Position numbers and translations under genes: made by a program | The notes under the pieces: generated by a model | Seen by the model: the letters and a program-made list of their open reading frames with translations, nothing else | What the model was told of the DNA's origin: nothing | Database searches by the model: none | Origin: Trypethelium eluteriae | Taxonomy: Eukaryota | Direction of reading: 5' to 3' | Length of the DNA stretch: 36,598 bases | Assembly: GCA_051942245.1 (NCBI GenBank) | Contig: JAVECL010000200.1 | Coordinates: forward strand, 1-36,598 | In this document: in pieces, positions 29,965 through 36,598 of the stretch | Layout: each line of letters opens with the position of its first letter | Numbering within the stretch: position 1 is the first letter of the stretch

Positions 29965-31470
29965 ATGGCCAGTCTCAGAGAAGTTTCACTTTACTACAAC
30001 GGCAAACCCCAGCCCGCAACCTCCTCCACCACCTTCCAAACCATCGACCCCTCCACCGCCCAACCCATCGCCAACGTGCAATCCGCCTCCGAAAACGACA
30101 TCAACGCCGCCATCTCCTCCGCGCACGCCGCCTTCCCCTCCTGGTCCTCCACTCCCGCCCTCGCTCGCGCCCGCATCCTGCTGCGCGCCGTGCAGCTCCT
30201 GCGCGACCGCAACGACGCCCTCGCGCAGCAAGAAACCCTCGACACAGGGAAACCCTTCTCGGAAACCAGCACCGTCGACGTGGTTACCGGCGCCGACGTC
30301 CTCGAGTACTTCGCCAACCTCGTTGCCAGCGGCGGCCTCAACGGCGAGACCACGCCGCTCCGCGAAGACGCCTGGGTTTACACAACGAAGGCGCCTCTAG
30401 GCGTCTGCGCCGGCATCGGCGCGTGGAATTATCCGATCCAGATCGCGCTGTGGAAGAGTGCACCGTGCCTTGCTGCCGGTAACTGTATGGTGTATAAGCC
30501 GTCGGAGTTCACGCCGCTCCATGCGGAGGCGCTGGCGGCGATCTATACCGAGGCCGGGGTGCCGCCTGGCGTGTTCAATGTGGTGCAAGGAGCCGGAGAG
30601 GTCGGGGCGTATCTGACGAGGCATGATGACATTGCGAAGGTCAGCTTTACGGGGCAGGTGGCGACGGGGCAGAAGGTAGCGGGGAGTGCGGCGGGGGGGA
30701 TGAAGTATGTGACGATGGAATTAGGGGGGAAATCGCCGTGCGTGGTGCTACCGGATGCGGATGTGGAGGCGGCGGTGGATGGGGCGATGATGGCGAATTT
30801 CTTTTCGACAGGGCAGGTGTGTACGAATGGGACGAGAGTGTTTGTGCCAAGGGATATGCTGCCAGCGTTTGAGAAGCAGTTGCTGGAGAAGATGGAGTTT
30901 GTACGGCCGGGAGACTTGATGGATCCTGCTACCAACTTCGGCCCACTTGTCTCAAAGGTTCACTACGACAAAGTGACCAGCTATATCAAGCACGGCATCG
31001 ACGTTGACAAAGCCAAACTCATCTACGGCGGCTTGGGCCAGCCGCAATTACCATCTTCGACATCCCAGGAACTCCGACAAGGATACTGGGTGAGGCCGAC
31101 CATCTTCACTGATTGCACTGACACCATGCTGATTACCCGCGATGAAATCTTTGGTCCAGTCATGACCATCCTGCCCTACACAGACGTCTCCGAAGTCATC
31201 TCCCGTGCCAACGCAACTCCCTATGGTCTCGCGGCTGGAGTCTTCACAAAAGACTTGAACTTGGCACATAAGGTGATAGCGAAGCTGGAGGCCGGCATTA
31301 CATGGGTGAATACGTGGGGAGAGAGCCCTGCGGAGATGAGCGTGGGCGGGTGGAAGAAGAGTGGAGTTGGAGTAGAGAACGGCAGGAGGGGGATTGAGGC
31401 ATGGGTGAGGAATAAAAGTACGTTGGTGGACACGAGTGGAGTAGTGCCTACAGTGTTCGCGAAGATCTGA
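29965..31470 (+). CDS. betB: Betaine aldehyde dehydrogenase (BetB/ALDH9-like)
   Basis: Intronless 501 aa; DVVTGADVLEYF, GIGAWNYPIQIALWKSAP.LAAGN, SFTGQVATG, MELGGKSP (catalytic Glu), ANFFSTGQVCTNGTRV (catalytic Cys), EIFGPV, WVNTWGESPAEM.VGG.K.SG.G.ENG, motifs characteristic of proteobacterial BetB. Confidence 0.88.
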   Translation: MASLREVSLYYNGKPQPATSSTTFQTIDPSTAQPIANVQSASENDINAAISSAHAAFPSWSSTPALARARILLRAVQLLRDRNDALAQQETLDTGKPFSETSTVDVVTGADVLEYFANLVASGGLNGETTPLREDAWVYTTKAPLGVCAGIGAWNYPIQIALWKSAPCLAAGNCMVYKPSEFTPLHAEALAAIYTEAGVPPGVFNVVQGAGEVGAYLTRHDDIAKVSFTGQVATGQKVAGSAAGGMKYVTMELGGKSPCVVLPDADVEAAVDGAMMANFFSTGQVCTNGTRVFVPRDMLPAFEKQLLEKMEFVRPGDLMDPATNFGPLVSKVHYDKVTSYIKHGIDVDKAKLIYGGLGQPQLPSSTSQELRQGYWVRPTIFTDCTDTMLITRDEIFGPVMTILPYTDVSEVISRANATPYGLAAGVFTKDLNLAHKVIAKLEAGITWVNTWGESPAEMSVGGWKKSGVGVENGRRGIEAWVRNKSTLVDTSGVVPTVFAKI

Positions 31471-32067
31471 AAACATCGGAAAGGATCAGCAGTGTCAAAT
31501 CCGTATGGGATACGATCGAGCAATTCGGCCTGTTGTGATGAGACTTGACAAGGGACGATCTACGTTGCTCGACGGAGACGCTGTAACGAAAAGACTTCCC
31601 TAGAGCTATGCAAAGCACAACAAGAATTACTCAATTAGGAGTATATAGGGCTCGGGATTGGTTGGCAATACCTGGATCCGGCACTGGTTAACGATACCCA
31701 GAATGGGCCAAGCAGCACATCATATGGTCTTGTATATATGCATTTCCGCCAAAACCTAAGAATAGTTGATTCGTAAGACGTTAGAGTAATGATGTACATA
31801 GATTCGCAGCAAGTGGCGTCCCCAGATCAATACTTCAATCTCTAGGTTCAGCCGGGTATGGAACAACATTGAAAGCAATCTCTCTTTCTCGCCATGGGTT
31901 CGGCACGGAAAGGCTACTTCCCACACAGCTGACTTCCTCAGCAATCGACCGTATCGAATCAACCATCCATTATAAAACGCCCAGGTTCTCCCTGCCGAGC
32001 GCCAGCGCATGCCACTCTCCCAACCAAACTCCGTAATTCTCCCAGTATTCACACAGGATTGTCCAAA

Positions 32068-33301
32068 TCAGTCAATAGTCATTCGACTTTGCCCCTGCCC
32101 ACTGCCACTCACAGTCGGCATGCCAAATTCCTGCTGATATGTCTTATTATCCTCACTACCCTGAGTTTGGTGTCTCCCCAAATGCGGCTTGAGGCCTTTG
32201 TTAAAATTGTAGGTGCACCAGACAGCGTTGACAATAGTAGAGACGAGCATAAGGACAGTGATGATAGCAAAGACTGTGAGAGAGCGACGAGTAGGGAGGT
32301 AGTCTTGCACGCGCTCTGAGTGGCCATACATGCGGAAGAGCTTGAAGAGGAAGTATGCGAGGGCGCCGAAGTAGAGGATCTGTTTTCGGTGGCGATAGGT
32401 TAGCGTAAAGGACGAGAAGTGGTCGGAAAAGAATGGGAGGAGAATAAGCAGGAGGCGACAACTCACAATAATTATCACCATGCCGACTCGATTTTCCTTG
32501 CGGACCCAGTATGCAGCCATGAAGAGGACGGCGATGGTGACAGGAACGGCCACGATGGTAAGGTAGAATTCCACATTGGTCGTGCCCCGTACGACTACCA
32601 GAAACTGTACTGTGAAGCCTAGGAAAAAGAAAAAATCGAATTTCAAAAGGGCAATGTAGATCTAACGATGTCAGCACGGGGCCAGCCACGCTGGCGACAG
32701 GACCAACGAACCTGGTATACTAGATATCTTCTCTTGAGTCGCAAGTCGGCACTGATGTGTTTGTATATCTTCCACGCAAATTCATCATAAAGCTTCCACG
32801 CTAGGAATGCCATGACTACTGTCCCGAGACCCAAGACACACGGTACGGCGATCAAGTACGGCCGAACGTCGTGCCAGAGAGCCGGATCCACATCATTCAT
32901 CCGCCCCAACCCCGCGACGGCATCATTGATCTGTCCGACCTGCACGGCCGCATATATGAGCATACCAACGTTGTATGCGCATAGACCAATGACTTGAATG
33001 GTGTTTTGTAAACGTAAGGCATCGTATACCAAGGCAATTTGGTACAGGAAACCGAAGATAAAGAGGGAAAGGTAGGTCACGATCGTCTTCGCTTGGGTCG
33101 TCTTGCTTTCGGCGCCGTTCTTAAGATCAGCTTGGAATTTGCCGAAAACATAGCTAGAAAGAGTTAGTCAGTTCATCAATTCTCGTATGTTCATCGAAGA
33201 TGAAGCCTTTCGACCTACCTTTCGAGAAATAATGTAATGATAGCCTGGACAGCCGCGGTCACAAAGAACGACCAAGTCCAGAGCGAGTTTGGCATATACA
33301 T
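32068..33301 (-). CDS. UPF0658-type multi-pass Golgi/membrane protein
   Basis: Exons 33219-33301, 32712-33153, 32467-32661, 32068-32379. Motifs TYLSLFIFGFLYQ..L.YDALR.QNTIQVIGLC, KLYDEFAWKIYKHISADLRLKRRY..YQIYIALLKFDFFFFLGFTVQF, NFNKGLK. Confidence 0.88.
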
Positions 33302-34486
33302 CTTCGATCTCCTTGTGTGTGTATTTACAGAGGGACCAGTTGGAAAGCCTTCTCTGTCATGATAACCTCCACCAGCGTAGGCCTGATAAGATGGGTCTGC
33401 AGAGCCCCCTCCGAGGAGGGAAGCTCTTGATTCGTACTTGTAAATCTTGAATGACTGCAGGCCGCTGCTTGGCGGCCTCGTGACTGTGAATGAAGAGGTC
33501 TGAGCTTCTGTCGCTCAAAGGCGACCTCTGTCGGGATTGGATTGTGTGACCTTCCCCTCCGCACTTGGTGGCAAGGCTGTCAAGTTTATTCACTTCAGAG
33601 GGAGAGAGTCGATGGCCAGGAAATCCTTGGGATGATATCCGAGTCCGCGAGGTAACTTCCCGACCGTGGCTGTGGGCTTGGGTAGAGTTGAGAAAGCTTG
33701 GCGTTTTGATGAGGATAAAGGCTGAAACTGAAACCCTGAGACGAGGGCTGCTGCCGGTCTACTCCAGGAGACCAAGGTGGGACCAAGCGAGCGTCAAAGG
33801 CCAGAAGCGGTCAAAGAGGCCAGCGACAGTTTGGCAGCAGCAGAGACGAATGGAAAACGAGGGAGTATGCTGGTATGCGGCAAAGTCGGCCAGGTTGGTG
33901 ATGGACACTGGAGGTCGTGCAATGCGGAGGTGTCGTCTTCCGTCTGAGGGTGGGTGGGATGACAGGCACGACAGGCAAAGCCACGCGGCAACGTGCAGTC
34001 GAATAGGGGACGGATGCGTGTATCACGTCGTTTCGAGGGTTTTTTCAAGCATTCATTCGAGCATGTGTGTCAAGATGGCAGCATAAGGCTCATATTCTAG
34101 TACTGCGTGATTATCGCAGAGAAGACAAGCCACTGGGCTGTGCGCCAACCCATCTGCGGATAACTGGGGATAACTGGCGATACCTGGCTAAATTTGGGGG
34201 CACTACACTTCGTACCTGCGCCGCCCACCAGCTAAGCAGGTTAAAGGACGTCCGTCTGATGTCACCCCTCAGATCGACGCCCGCCACTTCTCCTCTACCA
34301 ACCTGGCACCCTGGGATTTGAGGCGAACAGGCCGCTTGGGGTCACCAGAGTGGTAAGCTAGCCGTTTTCTGGAAAGAATCCTATCGTCTATCGACCATCT
34401 CATCACCTGTTGGTTACTCCAATTCACGCCCCTCTGCGCGTATGTGTACAGCCTTCGTGTCTGACATCACCTAACAAATTCGCAGC

Positions 34487-35956
34487 ATGATGTCCTGTGA
34501 GTGTCCTGAGGGAGAGGGAAGTTCGGTTCTTGCGTCTACACATGCTAAATATCTACTTTAGCGGAGCAGCTATTGGAGAGCGCTGCCAGGGATGGATCCA
34601 CACCGTACGCGCAAAAGCCTATCTAAAACAGACGAGTCAAGACATCGCTAAATCGATAACAGTGAGGAATGGCCGCGAGTACAAGAAATGATCTTGCGCC
34701 GCCTCGAAACAGTATGGACAGCGGCTGATTGAATGTTGAAACGATCTGTTAATCCTCTGTTTTAGATTGTTAAATCAGATTTCCCATCACCTCAGCTGAG
34801 AATCGAGGATGAGCCTAGCAGCCAGATCTTACAAGAATTCCAGCAATCAAGCCAATCGTCTCAAACCGCAAACAAAGAGAATGATCCACCTCCATCTACA
34901 TCCGCTCCTACCTCAAACTCTGAACCTACTCTATCTTCAACAACTTATGCCTCTCTCCCTCCTCCCCTACTGTCCCTTCTGAATTCCATAACCAAATCTC
35001 TCACCACGAGCTTCGCCCAGCAACCACCGCATACTGTCCAACGCCTCGCCGAACTTGTCCTCCATCCGCGCGCCCATTACCGCTATCTAGGGCCTTACCT
35101 CAATGCACTAGATCGCGTAGTCTCGGTGTCATCTCCTACAACTCACTTTCCCCTACCACAAGCAACAATACCTGCCGCCAGTGGCTCTTCTTTTCTTCAG
35201 AACGGAGACAATGGCTCTTCTCAAAACTTAGCCACAAGTAATGGCAGCGGTGGGCTTGGTAGCGACGAAAGTCTAGGTGGTGCTTTACTCACACCAATAC
35301 CATGGCTACGGCCCAGCAATGGCGGAGGCAGTGGTGGAGAGATCAAATCCGAACTCACAGAGACAATTGATGGTCCGAACGGTGCTGGCAGGATAGAAAC
35401 AGTGTCAGTCACGCTGAATGGAGTCTCTAGCACTTCTCCTACCTCTCCCAACACGCCGACTCTTTCACCTACTGCGCAAACCGATGGCCAGCTACGAAAT
35501 CAGGGTGCAGTGACACAGGGAGAATTGCTGCGACAAGAACAGGAAGCAGGTGTTGTGCCGGAATCACAAGCAAGAAGAAGAGCTGCTGGAGCACCAGGTG
35601 GTGGTCTTGGAATAACAGGAGTGGAAGGCGGGCCAGAGGCAGTAGAAGAACAAGTACCGCAGTCAACAGAAGAGCAGGAAACTCCGCATGCAAGAGGTCC
35701 GGAGGTAATCGGGATGGAGGATATGGGGCCACAAGGCAAAGCGCCAGGAAGTAGACTGGATATGGAAGCTGCGGTAGGAAGGCCAAAGGTGGAAGAGAAG
35801 AACGACCAGCTTGCAGGAGGTGATGAGGCATCTGGTGAACAGGCAGACCAACAGGGGACAAGAGATGAAAACCGTGGTACAGAGCCGAAGGATGAAGATA
35901 GTGCAATGGTGGACGTACCGGAGGCGTCGACTGCAAAAGATGAATCTAAAGGCTAA
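34487..35956 (+). CDS. PSY4: Protein phosphatase 4 regulatory subunit 2 (PPP4R2/Psy4)
   Basis: Exons 34487-34496, 34562-34604, 34663-34711, 34766-35956 (GTGAGT/GTACGC/GTATGG donors, AG acceptors). Conserved F...PPHTVQRLAELVLHP..HY...GPYLNALDRVVSVSS core, DESLGGALLTPIPWL, acidic tail. Confidence 0.85.
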
Positions 35957-36091
35957 ACAGCACCGAATGCAAGTAAAAACTCTTTCCACTGAACGTGTTG
36001 ATATAACTTCCAGAGGTATCTCTATTCGAGCCCACACTCTATCGTATGCCGTTTATCTGTCTATATTCTATTCGCGGACATCCATATCTAT

Positions 36092-36598
36092 CTATATTTT
36101 TCGTCCCTCATCTCCAACCCTCAAAATCTCATCCTTCCATCCCCAAACCGTCCACCGGCACTCAATCTCCTTTAGTTCATCCCCTTTGCTCTCGCTCCAA
36201 TCATCAACTCCAGTTTCGTTTCCCTCCTCTCGAATCTCCAGCCCTATAGACTCCATCTCCTTCCTTATCATCTCCCTCTCCCACCTAAATCCCTCCCTCA
36301 CCGGATTCTCCACAACAAGAATCGCACCTCCCGTCCGACTCAGCCACCTACTCACCGTCCCAGCCAACAATCGCGGGTGCTCTTTCTCATACACACAATC
36401 CGCCGCCAAAACCACCTCAAACGTCTCCTCAGGCAGCTGTGCCTCCCCAGGCTCATTCCAATCCAACACCGCCGTCTCCATCACCGCCCGACTCCCTACT
36501 ACCTCCTCCACCACACTCCGATTCGCCTCAACATTCGCGCCAAGGTTCCCATCCACAATCTCCGCCGTGTCCGTCAGCACCACGCCCGTCCGCAACCC
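36092..36598 (-). CDS. SAM-dependent protein methyltransferase, family 16 (Efm2-like), 3' part only
   Basis: VVLTD..EIV..NL.ANV..N, VLDW, FEVVLAADCVYEKEHP.LL motifs; stop TAG 36092-36094; start beyond window edge. Confidence 0.82.
   Translation of the reverse strand, partial: GLRTGVVLTDTAEIVDGNLGANVEANRSVVEEVVGSRAVMETAVLDWNEPGEAQLPEETFEVVLAADCVYEKEHPRLLAGTVSRWLSRTGGAILVVENPVREGFRWEREMIRKEMESIGLEIREEGNETGVDDWSESKGDELKEIECRWTVWGWKDEILRVGDEGRKI

Noticed and set aside
12325..31470. Laccase, chitinase, MFS and ALDH as a biosynthetic gene cluster
   Set aside because: Interspersed with housekeeping genes (RPA43, IES4, Gid1-like); no PKS/NRPS/terpene backbone or pathway regulator in the window.

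Overview
Gene-dense eukaryotic DNA from a filamentous ascomycete (Pezizomycotina-type genes; short GT-AG introns with CTRAY branch points). About 16 protein-coding genes can be supported: a partial Cys-rich orphan gene, mitochondrial t6A enzyme QRI7, a 63-aa membrane micropeptide, a Cys-rich single-pass membrane protein, a long basic disordered protein with NuSAP-like/CDK/PP1/KEN motifs, an ascomycete laccase, RPA43, a coilin/Mug174-like gene, a GH18 class III chitinase, IES4, a RanBP9/10(Gid1)-type SPRY-LisH-CTLH-CRA protein, a DHA1 MFS transporter, a bacterial BetB-like betaine aldehyde dehydrogenase, a UPF0658-type membrane protein, PPP4R2/PSY4 and a partial family-16 methyltransferase. The most notable observations are (i) a 240-bp non-autonomous TIR element with CAC...GTG ends and an unusual 6-bp target-site duplication inserted just upstream of the coilin-like gene, (ii) a candidate fungal NuSAP-like mitotic microtubule-associated protein with six tandem CDK-site repeats, PP1-docking motifs and a forkhead site in its promoter, and (iii) recurring C-rich to G-rich skew flips inside several CDSs. 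All family calls are from motif recognition by eye; no database searches were run. No secondary-metabolite cluster, rRNA, intact tRNA or CRISPR array was seen.
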